Source of the DNA: Catajapyx aquilonaris
Taxonomy: Eukaryota
DNA: 50,095 nucleotides
NCBI GenBank assembly: GCA_000934665.2
Contig: KZ538742.1
Location: 1 to 50,095 of the forward strand
Direction: 5' to 3'
Of the stretch, positions 1 through 13,376 are shown one piece after another. Numbering within the stretch: the stretch's first letter is position 1; every line of letters begins with the position of its first letter. The notes beneath the pieces were generated by a model. It was given only the letters and a program-made list of their open reading frames with translations, did no database searches and had not been told where the DNA came from. Both the position numbers and the translations under genes were made by a program.

Positions 1-165
1 CATTGTTGCCACTGTTGGCAAACAGTGGCAACAATGGAAGCACTCTGCACATGCTCGTGTTTGAATTGGCCCGTCGGACGGAGTTGCCAGGTAACGCACT
101 ACAACATAAGCAGCTTAGGCCGAATTTGTCAATAGCCGTTCGGACAAAAAAGTTGGACCACCCTG
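1..165. mobile_element. Right end of a CAGGGTG-terminated Tc1/mariner-type MITE (truncated by window edge)
   Basis: Ends ..ttggaccaccctg|TA; contains a perfect 16-bp hairpin at 1-16/21-36; left end not visible. Confidence 0.5.
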
Positions 166-1583
166 TATACTCGTATACGTCGGACCTGTCCATTTCTGCC
201 TTGAGGGCCCGTTTGAATAATTATAATAATATGTCAAATCACCACTAGCCTTATCTATTTAAATCCACGCGTTCACGTCCCTTTAAGTCGGAAACGAACA
301 CATTCACAGTCAGAGCTGCAAACACGACGTATCAGGGTCGACATAAGGTCTGTCTCTTATTGGTCGTGCAGTCCTCTGCTGGTTGGGGGAAAAACCCATT
401 TCAAAGAGTGTATGGCGTTCATTTTCGCACAATGAGCACGGTTCTATTATTAATGTGATCCGGGGGGGAAACTGTGGGGTCATGTGCCCCACCCAGGCGG
501 CTCATAGATGTAATCCTAGGTGGTACCACACCTTTTCATTCCATAATTTGGTCTCTATGGCCAAGTTCCGTTTCATTGGGCTAGAGTTACACGCGCACAC
601 TGTCCGAGAGGGTAGGGGTGCAGCGTGGTTTAAGGACTTTCTCAATAATTTTCTTCTTCAAATGAAAAATACCGCATTATTAAGTCTGTTGACTCGTAAG
701 CATCGTATTTATGGGCTGTTGCAGTTGACAACTCTTTGGATATGTCCCCCCCCCNCCCCCCCCCTCAAAAATGGGGTTTCTGATCGCATCGCTTCGTTTA
801 TCTGCCCAGTTGTATTTGATCAGCAACCTTTGACAGTGTGAAACTAACGAATGGCATGTCAGCAATCTGGTCCAATAAGTGTAAAAGAATAGCTATTATG
901 AAGTTTCACTAGTAGCTAAAAAAAAGCCCAATAGAGTTAATCAATTTTCCCGCCATAGCGTTGCTCATTTGGTGGAACCAGAAATGCAGGAGTTTGTGAA
1001 CGTGCTATAGGCTGAGTTTGAGCCGAAGCGAAATATCGCTTCAGCATTCATCATCGGAAACGCATTTTCGGACTAATATTTGTGCAGTAGTACGAAATAC
1101 AGTCGGTGGTGTTTTCAGTATCAATATTTACGTACTTGACGTGGATCGATATATATAAATAGCCTCTTGAGGCCCACCACTCGTCTAACTTTTGCTATTT
1201 GCCGAAGGTGACTCTATTAGCTTTGTATCATCAACCTTTTGAGACACGGTAGGAAGTGGTTATGAAAGGACCATACTAACCAGTAAGTTTAGTGGGAACC
1301 ATTTTTGTAGTCCACCTTCACTTCACAAGGCCCTTGCTGCTGTCTGATGCCAATGCTGTTTATGCGAGAATGAAAATGAGGTATTCATTTCTGCAATTGG
1401 GAATCAAGTGGCTGCTTGTACAGTACATTGTTAGTGTTTATTACTGTCGTGATCAAGAATGAGTCATAAGGAAGGCTACTGTACATGGTTAATTGCAAAA
1501 CTCTGCCTTCCCAGATATCACAAGTTTCTTCCTTATGCTTACCAGTTATAGCTGTAGCTTTTTCCTTATTAATACACGACGCG

Positions 1584-2022
1584 GAGGGTGTTCCAATTGA
1601 AATGTCAACAGTGGTGCAGGGATTTTTTGGCATTACGCTGCTTATTTGTAGCAGTTAATTTTGAACAGAAACTCTTTCAAAACTTGTTAAATTTATTATT
1701 TTATTATATTTTGTTTACCCTTTTATGGGCCTAAATTTATTAGCTGATAATGTTAGGTTGCATGGACCCATCATTTTGTTAAAGCTTGCTAAAATGGCTT
1801 TTATAGTGCACGGTCGATACCTATTATTGTTCCAACGTACCTCTCCCAATCGGAAGTTTATTTTAATTCAAAGCATGGGTTGTTGATTTACCTCAGCCTA
1901 ATATTAGAAGCCAATGATTTTGATAACCATAATAAAATTAATTATCCAAAATTATCTTCCTAATAATCAGCTTAATACGAAAAAGTCTCTCATCATTTCG
2001 ACATTTCAATTGGAGCACCTTG
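1584..2022. mobile_element. MITE with ~23-bp CAGGGTG-type TIRs
   Basis: gagggtgttccaattgaaatgtc ... gacatttcaattggagcaccttg|TA. Confidence 0.65.
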
Positions 2023-3966
2023 TATGTGTGTGCGTAACCCAATAGGCTACCACATACATAGTCATAACCTACAGAGATTTGAGTGGCAATGAAGCTCAAT
2101 ACTAAAAACATGTAGTCAAATGAGTTTCGTGCCTGGGACCAATCCTTTGAAAGGGCATTTTCTCACGGCCCGTTGCTGAGGATTGGCATGTCTGATGGAA
2201 TACCTACATATATCAATGACTCAATTATTTGAACGAAAAGTACAAGCAGTTGAGGAGTGATCTGAACCGGGCGGTCCTATCGCTTGCATTAACGAAAAAC
2301 AGCAATTAATCAGTTGGAACTGGCAATAAAAGTGATGATTTGATGCGGAAAGGAAAGGAGAGGAGAAGCTGCTCAACCGACAACGCGCCCATTCTCCCAT
2401 TTTCTCCATTCTGTTTCCCCCATCAAATACTCTTTTATAGCCAATTCAAAATGTTATTAATAGGTGCTATTTGTTAACGGGAAGCAGTGCGGTTCGGATT
2501 ACTCCAGAATTTCCTGTACGTACTGTTCGTTAACAAAAGTGGCGCTATAACTTAATGCATGGGATTCTGTTACAACATGTCAACTCAATGCCAGAGCTGT
2601 CAACCATCCACGACTTACGGCCGGCGAATATGTTTTTTTTTTATAAATGTACTTGTCTGTAGCAGCACTGTACAATACAATTTCACTGTCTTTAATGGAA
2701 ATTGGTGTCCATATATAACTGCGATAGTGTTTGACAAGCTTATTTCACAATTTGATCTGCACGGTATGTCCGCCCGTCATGTGTTTTGAGGTTATGAATA
2801 ATTGATTAGCGATTTAGGACCTTCCAAATTTTGTGGGTTTTTACCGCAGAGCCCATGGGATCGGGAATCGGGACTATCGGAATTATTTTTCCATATAGTA
2901 GTGATGTTGATAGAGTGCGGTGTATACTTTTTGAAGGTTCACTCTGTAAATTAATGCTAGAGTGACCTATTACAGATTGATGATGCTACTGTCGGGTTGA
3001 CACCTACCGCTGTTATTTTTCATTATTCGAAAAGTAGAGTGTTATTACATATTCCCAAGTGCTGGGTAAGAAAATTAGATAAGCAAGTGAAAATGTTATA
3101 TTAAGTGGCAGAATGCTGACATGCTGACAACTATAGTGAATTATTTCACGAAAATATATAAAAAGTTTTCGCATACAGTGCAACATATAGAGGAGAAAAG
3201 TCACAATAGGACGGTGTAGAAATGAACTTAATTTCCAGCCACGTGTTATTTGCGCGTCACTTATAGAAAAATTATTATGTGAGGCACTTCTGCAGCAGCT
3301 GTTGCTAGGCCTCCTGAAAGAGCATTGGGAATATGGAGCTTCATGCATGTTTAATCCAACACTGCATATTCCTTTAGACTGATTAGCGTAACATAAATGT
3401 TCTTACCTGAAATTCTGTCAGCGAATCGGAAAGTGGGTACGAAAGGAATTAATCACCATTACTGAAGATGGGGCAGGTGTCTTGATTTAAAGCGACTTGT
3501 GACTGAGCTATGCCAGGTACTAGTGTTGACAGTTACCAAACATTTAGGGACTTTCCCACATGTCCAGGAAAAGACTGCATGGGTTTTCTGGGGGGTTTGA
3601 AGTAGAGTTGCCAGACGCAAAAGGAACCAGGAATATCCCACATCCACGTTGAAAAAAATCTCCACTGGCTACTCTACTTATCTTCATGGTAAACATAGGG
3701 ACTGGGGAGGTGGCTGAAAAGTTGGAAAAACCCACCTAATACCCGCAGTCTTTTCTTGGTTCCCCCCCTAGACTTTTTCGAGGAAAAAAGTCTCATAGAA
3801 CGGCTCTGTCTGTGGACAGGTATCAGACAGACAGACAGAGCCGTGCCATAATAAGACTTTTTTTTGGATTTTCGGGTTCCGGGTTCACTCTATCCACCCC
3901 AAAGATATCTGCTGTATATTACTCTAGATACATAACTCGCTATCCCTTTCCATACAAGTAAAGTGA

Positions 3967-4186
3967 TGCCAATCACGCCCAAAGTAAAGATGACGTCATC
4001 GTTACTTTGGGCGGGGCAGCAGAAGCTGCCATAGGGGCGACCCCTGTGCTGATGGGCCGGACCGCAGTGGGACGTTTCCAGGGGCGCGGGGCATCCCTTG
4101 AAGATGCCCAACTATAGTTACAGGCCTCCACGGCAGATCGATCCAAGTCGCCCAAAGCCGCCATCTTTGCTTTGGGCAACTGGCAC
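3967..4186. mobile_element. Degenerate GC-rich MITE-like element
   Basis: Imperfect inverted ends tgccaatcacgcccaaagtaaagatgacg / cgccatctttgctttgggcaactggca. Confidence 0.4.
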
Positions 4187-4670
4187 AATCCCCTAGCACA
4201 AACTGGAATCACTTTTTCTTAGCAGTTATGTATCTAGAGTTATATATAGCAGAAATCTTTGATCCACCCCTTCCACCTGCCTACCTGGCTGCTCCCTCCC
4301 CCCCTCCCCCAGATCACCCTTTCCCCCCTCCGTGGGACAATAGCAGTAAACGAAAAAGTACGTTCACATGATTTGCCAATCTTGTTTATTTTCTTCTTCT
4401 TCAGAATAGCAACTGATGAAGGTGTGAGAACAAAGTTTATTTTTTCGGGCATAAAGTCCTGAAATTTTAAAATCAAGTGGGCAGGGACGCGAAAAATACC
4501 TACAGTACGTATGTGCTAACAATAACGTTTTATTTTGTGAAAATATGCGCGAAAGAGTACTTACCCGGAAAAAGCTGCGCTTTCCTCTCATCTCGAACTT
4601 CTCTTCTGAAAAAGTCGGAAAAGACGAATTTTCCTGGGTGTCAAGGTTACACTGTGCACGATGTAGTGTA

Positions 4671-4831
4671 CAGTGTTGGACAATAATCGAGGTATACTTC
4701 CAGCGACATGTTCCGAAGCGGCAGAAGACGGAATCTTGCTCGCCCGGCTTGCAGTATCCTTATCTTCGATTCCTTCTTCTGCCGCTTCGGAAAATGTCGC
4801 TGGCAGTTTCCTCGATATATGACCAGAACTG
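4671..4831. mobile_element. 161-bp CAGT-ended foldback MITE, TA TSD (copy 1)
   Basis: TA|cagtgttgg...ccagaactg|TA, ~65-bp inverted arms; homologue in opposite orientation at 33037-33198. Confidence 0.85.
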
Positions 4832-5981
4832 TACAGAAGGTAATGTTTATGTCTTGTAATAATTTTGTTCATTGTAAAAAGTGAGGTTTCTTTGGAAATG
4901 TATAATGGTTGTCACGGAGTTTTAAAAATACATTGTCAAGTCCCATTCATTGCCAGATTCGACCTTCGAAGCACACAGTATTAATGATAATAATCAACAA
5001 AAATGTGCAAACGTGATAGGCTGTAACAAAATCGAGAGCCTCGTTCTCAACGAATATAATGGCCCAGAAAATGGAAATATCGCAACTTCGTCTTGCATTC
5101 TTTGGCGTTACAAAATGGTTTTTCTTGCGAGTTTTCTTGTGTCAAAGGAGCGCTCTTTTCGACCGCCGCCCCGATCAGCAGTATAGTATAGCGCCGGTAA
5201 AGTCACTTTTGTGAAAGAAAACCATCGTCGATGAAAGGGACAGAGAATGCATGTCTGAGAATTTGATATAATTACTCGTATGTGCCGCTGGCTCAACTAC
5301 ACCGAGAACCTGACACATCTTGTTTGCAGCATTGATTGTGAACATCGGTAGACACCGCAATGTAGAGCTCCTATTTCAGTATTGCACGGTCAAACTCATG
5401 ACTAATCTCTAAAATACCTGACTGGGTTTAACCTGAAGAAATAAGGTACCATACATGATGTTTGCACGAAGCTATTTGAGTTTTTGGTGAATAGTTACAA
5501 CTGTGCCACATGGTTTGTCCGTGTCAATGAGGTTTTTTCACTCTTGAGATTAAATTGTCAGCCTAGTCTGACCTTTTTGAATGCTTGAAGCACAAAAACA
5601 CATCATATGTCACTAGATGCTCGTAATTGTATTACAGAGTCCGTGTAATTTGACAAGTACAACGTAACAACATGTCTCCGATATTTCACACGAAGTTGGA
5701 AAAAAGTTGCTGCTAAGGTATAGCTGAGAGATCCACCTGATAGCCTATGCTAGGCCATTGAAAGTCAATGTTGTGTTAGCCTGTTTTTTATCAAGATGTG
5801 ATGGATTGAGACCATGCATTGGGAAATGAAGTTTGACATCCCGCCTCCACCTCCCTTCCCCACCCTCAGATGAATGGTCAAATATAGACTTCCAATACAA
5901 GCAAAGTGTTGGGGCCTATACTTGTGCATCCCAGATTGCAGCAAGGCATGATTTATAAGCAGATCCTTTCTTTCATTTCAG

Positions 5982-6013
5982 GGGTTTCGGCAAGCAAGGA
6001 TTCCAGTGCCAAA
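5982..6013 (+). CDS. Pkc53E: PKC 32-nt microexon, C1A middle: (W)GFGKQGFQCQ(I)
   Basis: tttcatttcag|G GGT TTC GGC AAG CAA GGA TTC CAG TGC CAA A|gtaagt; missed by the ORF track. Confidence 0.93.
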
Positions 6014-6609
6014 GTAAGTATCGCTAGCAGAAGTGATGATCAGGTGGACCGTCAGACGCAGTTTTAAGTAGGTGCTTAACGTAGGTGGTAAGTCACGTAC
6101 CGTATACGAGCGGCGTTCAAGAAGTTCTTTTTTACTTGACCAAGAAGCAAATAATGATACAGACGAATTAACCTTTTGTGGCCTACGATCGGCATATGAC
6201 GATTTGAGTTTTATTTTGGAAAAAGGGCAGATGTCACTAAAAGTGAATTTCCCAGGAAAGACATAAATGTGTCTGTCTCGGCCATTGCTCACAATGTTAA
6301 TTTGAGAATTAGATTTTGATTTGCGACTAGTAGAATGCCCTTTTGGCTTGAGAATTTTTCCACGTGAGCGTCAGGGTTGCCAGATGAATACTGACGTGGT
6401 AGTTTGAAATTGGGAATTTCTTGACATCTGCCCTTTTTCCAAAAAACTCCTCATTTGAGATTTGCCCGCGTAATTCTTCCTATGCAGAGGGCAGAAGTGA
6501 CTTCAGTGACATGTAAACTGCTCAGCTGCCATCTCATGGATGATATCTCAACTGCCATGCATTTGTCTTGCACCTGAGCACCTCTGCTTGCACCACGGTC
6601 ATATAAGTA

Positions 6610-6917
6610 AGGTCTGGTCACTCCCACCCACCCCCTGCCGAGGCATTTTGCAGCGGGTGCTCCCCTGAGACCGCCATGAGACATTTCGGAGGCCAGGATA
6701 AGTGGCGACCCTACCGGACTCAGGCTGAACTTCATAGGTACGAAAGGGGAGGGCCCCTTTCTTACCTATAATGTTCAGCCTGAGTCCGGTAGGGTCGCCA
6801 CTTATCCTGGCCTCCGAAATGTCTCATGGCGGTCTCAGGTGAGCACCCGCTGCAAAATGCCTCGGCAGGTGATAACGCCAGAACGTAGTATAAGTGTCCG
6901 TAGGCTGGCTTGCACCA
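6610..6917 (+). repeat. Dispersed repeat with a 236-bp near-perfect internal hairpin (copy 1)
   Basis: Hairpin spans 6634-6869; leader aggtctggtcactcccac and trailer gtgtcygtrggctgg are shared with the copy at 47479-47836. Confidence 0.85.
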
Positions 6918-7001
6918 ATGNCCCCCCCCAAAAAAAAAAAACACACACACACACACAAACAAAAAAACAGGCTGCTCCTGCCTGAGATGGCCTGACAACT
7001 T

Positions 7002-8022
7002 GGGACACTTTCCAAGTGCCACTCACCGATTTTCTGGAAATTCGGCGCATTGGCCCACCCCAAGGGATGAAAAACGCACCTATCAAGTAGTTACCTGCTC
7101 AAAATGATCCTGTGACCCCTTTTTTGGATGACAGAGGTCAACTCGTCAAATTCCAACCGATTCTCTTGAAATTTGGTGGATAGCTAGCCCATCCCAAGGA
7201 ATGAAAAACGCACGAAAAGTGACACGCTCAAAATGATCCTGTGACTCATTTTTGAGGGGGGCAGAGGTTACGGGGAAGGTGGTGCCAGTGGGGTTTGGCT
7301 GAAACTTAGTCAGTTAATAGACCTTGACCTCAGGGTCAATTGTTCTGAAGGCCGAAAAAATCTTCCGTGCCGTTTGGTCGCTAGAGGCGCTCAAAGTAGT
7401 AATTTCAGGTGTCTCCTATCGGCCTAATTTTCATGTATTTGTAGAGTTTTATGAACTGAGTCGAATGAGCCATGTGGCGATTTTCTGTGACGAACCATTT
7501 GGCAATTATTGTTATGTTGCACGTGTACAATCCCACTCATGATCCCACCATACAGACTTCAAGCTCTGACGTTGAACTCGATTGCGCGTCTAGAGGCAAA
7601 ATGGTTGGTCACAGAAAATCGCCACATGGCTCATTCGACTCATCTCATGAAACTCTACAACATACATGAAAATTAGCCCGATAGGAGACACCTGAAATTA
7701 TGACTTTGAGCGCCTCTAGCAGCCAAACGGCACGGTAGATTTCTTCGGCCTTCAGAACAATTGACCCTGACGTCAAGGTCTATTAACTGACCAAGTTTCA
7801 GCCAAATGCCAATGGCGCCACTTTTCCCATAAGATAATTTGCCACATGTCCATTCTGACCTCGCCGATTTTCTTGAAATTCGGTGCATTGGTAGCCCACC
7901 CCAAGGAATGAAAAACCTACACATAGTTACCTGCTCAAAAGACCCTGTGACACATTTTTGGGGGCAGAGGTCAATGCACCGAATTACAAGAAAATCGGTG
8001 AGTGGCACTTGGAAAGTGTCCC
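7002..8022. mobile_element. TIR element (GGGACACTTTCCAAGTG ends, ~50-bp TIRs) containing ~135-bp tandem units and a nested foldback
   Basis: 7002-7052 is the near reverse complement of 7972-8022; no clear TSD. Confidence 0.75.
7273..7828. mobile_element. Foldback element, ~230-bp inverted arms, ~95-bp spacer
   Basis: tttggctgaaacttagtcagttaatagaccttgac... mirrored by ...gtcaaggtctattaactgaccaagtttcagccaaa. Confidence 0.85.
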
Positions 8023-8340
8023 TTGTGAGTCGAGGGGTTATTCACTAAGTGTAGTCCGTGTGCACCTTCGTATATAGTCCGAGGGTAGTCCGGGGGGTAA
8101 TCCGGGCAGTCCGAGGATTATTATTCATTAATATCTCTCTTCATCAAATTTCCGGAAAAAGGGAAAAAGAACTCCGGCCCGGGGGTAAGGCAATGGCTCA
8201 AAAACTTCGTCGTCAAAAGGTTAAAGTCCCTGAGATTACCATGGTGATTGGTATTTTTGTGAGAAGTGTCATATCCATCATTCATTATTATCACGTTCGC
8301 GTTGGGAACCACAAATGCTGACGGAAGGGACAGATCATTT

Positions 8341-8685
8341 GTGCTCACAAGAACTTGGACCATTGGGAGAACGATCCGGACTACTTTTTTGTGGTAAACA
8401 AACTCCACCATCTGATGATGGCATTGTCCCTTCCGTCATTAAGAACTTTGTAAGGCCTCACAACTTGAGGCTCTTCACATCCGCGAATTTACCATCGTGG
8501 ATCACCTTCACACGTATGAAGATCTCGACAGGCAGATGCAGTTTCTGTGGGATTGCATCAGGGCACGTTTTATGGTTGAAAATGCGTGCCTGTTTATTTG
8601 CATGCAGCATGTAGGTTCACAGCGTCATGGTCTGGTAAAAAAAACACAACATTTTGAACGCTCCTCGTTGGTGTATTACAGGTAA
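8341..8685 (+). pseudogene. Probable degenerate Tc1/mariner transposase C-terminal remnant
   Basis: Frameshifted pieces SQELGPL..DYFLW* (cf. SPDLNPLDYFLWG), TYEDLDRQMQFLWDCI and QHFER (cf. GGHFEH) in the expected order; a CAGGGTG-type right end lies at ~9414-9428. Confidence 0.5.
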
Positions 8686-10242
8686 ATAAAAAGTACAGGC
8701 TCACCGCCATAGTTATTCAAAAATAGTTTCAAAAGGGGCTTTCAAGAGAGCCTCCACTGCGAAAATTTGTGGTTTAAAAATAAAATGAAAACAGAAACGA
8801 GTAGCGCTGATGATTGGCAAGCGTTTTTTAAAAGCCTAATTAGGTCTAGTTCAAAAATTAATCCGTGTTTATAGCCTTGCATGGTATGCATCATGTCACA
8901 TTATGAGGATAGAGCGGTGCGTGTTAATAATTTATTTATAAGTGAGGAAGCTTCCATAAAACATAAGATTTTGACACTTTTTGGTGATGTTTGCACTACC
9001 TGCAAATCGTTCCGGGTATTTCTCCACGCATTTGGCGTGACCCGTTTTAACACGCTCTGTATACGTTGTACGCTGAATCTCATAGTTGAGTGATTTTTTT
9101 GCATGTGAAAGAAGAGGATATCGACAAAAAATTCGTGTAAGCGCCTCAGAGAACTCATCCAAAGTTCCAAACTCTTGCCATACGGAAAATCTTCTGCCAT
9201 ATCCAGGGATTGAACTGGGGGCCGCAAAGTGTCCGACACTGCATATCTCTCTCTTTCTCCCTCTCCATTCTCTTTGTATTACCTACTCAAAGAGTTATTA
9301 ATCACTTGCTCTTTGTGAATAAAAACAATTAGGGTAATCTTAGACTGAGAAATCCAGATCTGCCAATATAGTTTTCATTGGACAAAGCGGCGCTCAGCAC
9401 AATAGCTGGGGGATTGTGAAACACCCTGTATATGCCGGAACGTTCTCTCGTAGCTGTAATTGCCGGCTCTCTAATTCCGGTTTCATAGAGGATTGAAGAT
9501 TCGAGCAGTATATATGGTTAAGTTAGAGATGCAAATAGCTACTCCAATCCGATTATGAAGCACCACAGGAAGCCGTATATCCATAAGGTAGCGTGAATTA
9601 AATTACAGCACCGCAATGGCAGTTTCCACAGATGACGCGGCTGCAGTGGGACAAAGATCTATCTCATTAGGCGAGCACCGCTGATTCAGAATAACTTGGT
9701 GACTCGCGGATATATCCATGGCTGTCTTTGTCACACACACCTTCAGTCCACGCCCACATTTCACACCGTCCCCAATAGAGGTCATTCAACTGGCAAACCT
9801 TTGCAATTCAGTTATCAAGAACTTTTTGAAAATATAAAAGCGCTTAAGCGTATATGAAAGTTCAATGTGAACGGCTAATTTTCACTGTTTCACGACAGCA
9901 CTATTTTCACAGCAGGTGGGTAGGTTAATTCTGTCCCATCGTTGTAGATAATTACAAGATTATAGACCTAGATCTGCCAGTCTTGATTGTGTTTCCATGG
10001 AACATTTTGGAAATGAAAGTGCGTGTTAGTAGTAATGAGCTTGAAAAGTTTTGACAAGTCCCGGCATTTGAGTTTCTTAATTGCATGCTCTCTTGGTCCC
10101 TAGATCAAATCGGCTTTTTCGCTTGTTGCCTACCACCGTCAGTTGTCACTACAAGCTTAATCCGATTATTTTGAGCAAATCTTTGGAATTTTTATGGTCA
10201 CAGGTGGAGTTCATCCTTCCTGGCCAAAATGAATATTATATA

Positions 10243-10979
10243 CGGGTGATTCTCCAAAAACTTACCAATACCATGTCCCGGCATAATAACTCAAAAATGG
10301 CTTGACTGAGAGAGTTGATTTTTAAGCATTTGTAGAAGCAGTTGACACCTAGCCATCCCCATGAAAACAAAGAAAAATATTAAATTAAGTTTTACTGCAA
10401 AAAAATATCTAAGGGCCTAAAATCACTATTCTTGGCATGTCCCGATCTCATTTTAAAGCATGATATATTTTCTTACAATTTTGTCATTAACATTAGACAA
10501 TTTTCAATACTATAATTAAATGGTAAATAGTTGAAGGTATAAAACAACATTTTTAAAACGATTTATTCATTTGACATGACCTTGATGCATCACTCCAAAG
10601 TGTGTCCCGAGTTTTTCCGGAAATAAAAAGTGCACACTCCTGGCTCATTTTTCTATGTCACATAATAGCTTAAATGTTTTGAAATAACTGTGATTCCATG
10701 GCATGAAGGGTCTTCATGAACCCGCCGAAATCTCCATAGACAACGTTTGTTCTGGAAAGTGATATTAATCCTATTGCATGCATAGGTCATTCTTCTGGCT
10801 CCCGAACTCCTGGATATATTCACTCTCCTGGCATTAGAATATCAGAGTTAGTTCCCCATATTTTTCCCTGATTTGTGACCTCATATAGAGTAAGTGAGAA
10901 TTTTTCCAGATTTTTAAAGCAAGTTTTGAAATTCATTAATTCTTGCTTTGAAAATTGGTAAGTTTTGGAGAATCACCCA
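10243..10979. mobile_element. 737-bp non-autonomous TA-flanked TIR element
   Basis: TA|cgggtgattctccaaaaacttaccaat ... attggtaagttttggagaatcaccca|TA. Confidence 0.8.
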
Positions 10980-13293
10980 TACACAATTACTGTTGATACG
11001 TATGTAGTATTCAGATTGTTACATGGTCGGAGGGAAAATCCTTCTCAGTATCATCTTGGCAACAATAAAACGTAGGCTATTGTTGTGGACATAACTGCAT
11101 TTCATGGAGACATATGGGACACGTTTGATTTTGTTCAAAATGCTGTCATGCTTTTCCTTGTGAAACATGATGTAAGACACCAGCATGAACAGCAAAATGA
11201 GAGAGATAGTGTTCCCTGTTACACAGTTGTTTTTGACTGCTATATAGTGGCACAAGTAATGAAGCCTTTGCGCGACAGAGGGTGCAAATGTAGGTAGGGT
11301 TGCGGTAAGTGGCAGGTAGCGCTCCATTGATTCACTTCTCCCTAAAGTTTGAAGATCAGTGTTGATTACTGGGAGGAAATATCATTAGGGCTGTGGTTAG
11401 ACCAACAAGTGACTTTGGCAGGGCACTCATGTCAAAAGGAAAGTAATCTGGGAGGCTGGCTGGTAGAGGATGGGATGGTGTCGGGTTTTGCATTGTGAAA
11501 TTGGCTGCAGGTTTAGCTGCTTCAGGAGGTTTGCTCTCCTCCGAATGGTCTACACCTTTAAATTGTGGTCAAGTAGCAGTGGGTATCAAGTATCAATTAA
11601 TTAATTATCATTGCATTTAATGAGGGTGAAGTGGCCCCGGTTCGGCGAGATTGTGGGCTGCCACAGGCTGAGGCACTGTACCAGACATCTTGTCAGCTGT
11701 TGTGGTCGGACCTCATAGCGAGCAATTATTTGGCGCACTTGTTGAACCTGGTGCAGTAGTGGCTGGCTTAGGTCGCGATGTGATGTAACGCAGCTTTCTC
11801 CTGAAATCATTGCGTGATTCAACATATACGACTGGATGCTTATATCATCCTGATGCTCTTTGCATTTCTGTGCATCTTTCTGATACGTTGTATGCAACGC
11901 ATCATATAGTGTTGTGAAATAATTGCAACACCTTGTGAATTTGCAACGTTCTTCCTGTTGTTTTTTTCTGCATTTTAATCGATTATAAAGCAACAGTCGT
12001 GAAATATTCCTAATAATTAACCATATTGTAAAGTAAAAACGCAGCTTGCTGAAAAATGTAACGTTCTATTGTGATAGTTGTTGTACACAAAAAATACAAA
12101 AGAGGCTGAAAAACGCTGCAATTATTTCTCACAAGGATGTATATGCCATAAGGTCACTGTTGGAGCTGGCTAACAATGCAGTGCCTCCACTCACGTGAGA
12201 ATTGGCTCGATGATTGGAATTTTGCATAGTATGCCGATCAAGCTACTATAATCTGTGACAGACCTGGCCAAGTGACTGCTGATTGGATGCTGTTGCCATG
12301 GAGACTTATTCTCTTTACACGCTTGGTACTCTTCATCCTCATTTTAAAAATTTGGACTTGAATGTTCAGTCAGCATCAAGGGAGTCAGATTGCACTTCTT
12401 TATTAAAGTGAACACTATTGAGAGAATGTGCTGCCATGGCAATCCGCTTAGTGCGCGGAAGTGGTAGCAATTAAATCATGGTCACGACATATGTGGCCTA
12501 ATAACACCGGCAGGAGCATCTATTATTAATGGTCACCAGCAGACGGACTTTTCTGCGTGGATGAATTTCCCATTACTATGGTCGCCTTTGTCTAAAATTC
12601 AATATGGCTTTTCATCTGCGAGATAAGATCCAGGGCTGTTCATGTGTCCTGGCCTGTAGAAAATTCCGATGGACGTGGGAAGCTCCAGTCATTTTCCAGG
12701 ATCAGATGCGACCTGAATATTTTACACAGATTTAAATGTTAAAGTTGAAGGTTGCTGCCACATATTCCTCACCCTCTTCCACCTTGCAGTCAGTATATCA
12801 GTGGAAAATTAGTAGGTAACTGTGTAAGAATTAACGAAAACGTCAATGACCAGATGCCAGAATATAATGTTCATTTACGAAATCGTCGCCGCAATTTCTT
12901 TTAGAACAGTGACAGTTTGACCTCAAATAAGCGTGATATCCGACATGATGGACATGCCATGGTTATCCGAAATCACCAAGATTATCACGAATGAATTGTT
13001 GAAACGCAGAGTGAACTATATACATTGTGATCAGACGGAGCAAGTTTCAGTGATCAACCAATCCGAACCTTGTTGCATTTATTTATGGCATAAGCGCAGT
13101 GAAAATAGTCATGGTAGATTTGTTAGGCCTACGCGCGTCCATTGAGGGTATACCAATAGGGTATTGAATATTCAGCATTTGCGCTTGCTACTTGCCAATT
13201 CAATAATTAGATTGTGAACTGGCGGTCCATGCTGAATGGCCGGATAGGTTGGTGTATGCACGTATCTGCAATAATTTCTTTTCATTTTTCCAG

Positions 13294-13376
13294 TCTGTAG
13301 TTATGTGGTGCACAAGAGGTGCCACGAATTTGTCACGTTCAAATGTCCCGGGGCTGACAGAGGAGCAGATTCCGAT
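13294..13376 (+). CDS. Pkc53E: PKC exon, C1A C-terminal half: (I)[27 protein letters not shown]
   Basis: tttttccag acceptor, gtgagt donor, 83 nt, phase 1 to 0. Confidence 0.96.

Noticed and set aside
13065..13105. CCIYLWHKRSE as a duplicated alternative C1A exon
   Set aside because: Cys/His spacing is wrong and there are no convincing splice sites
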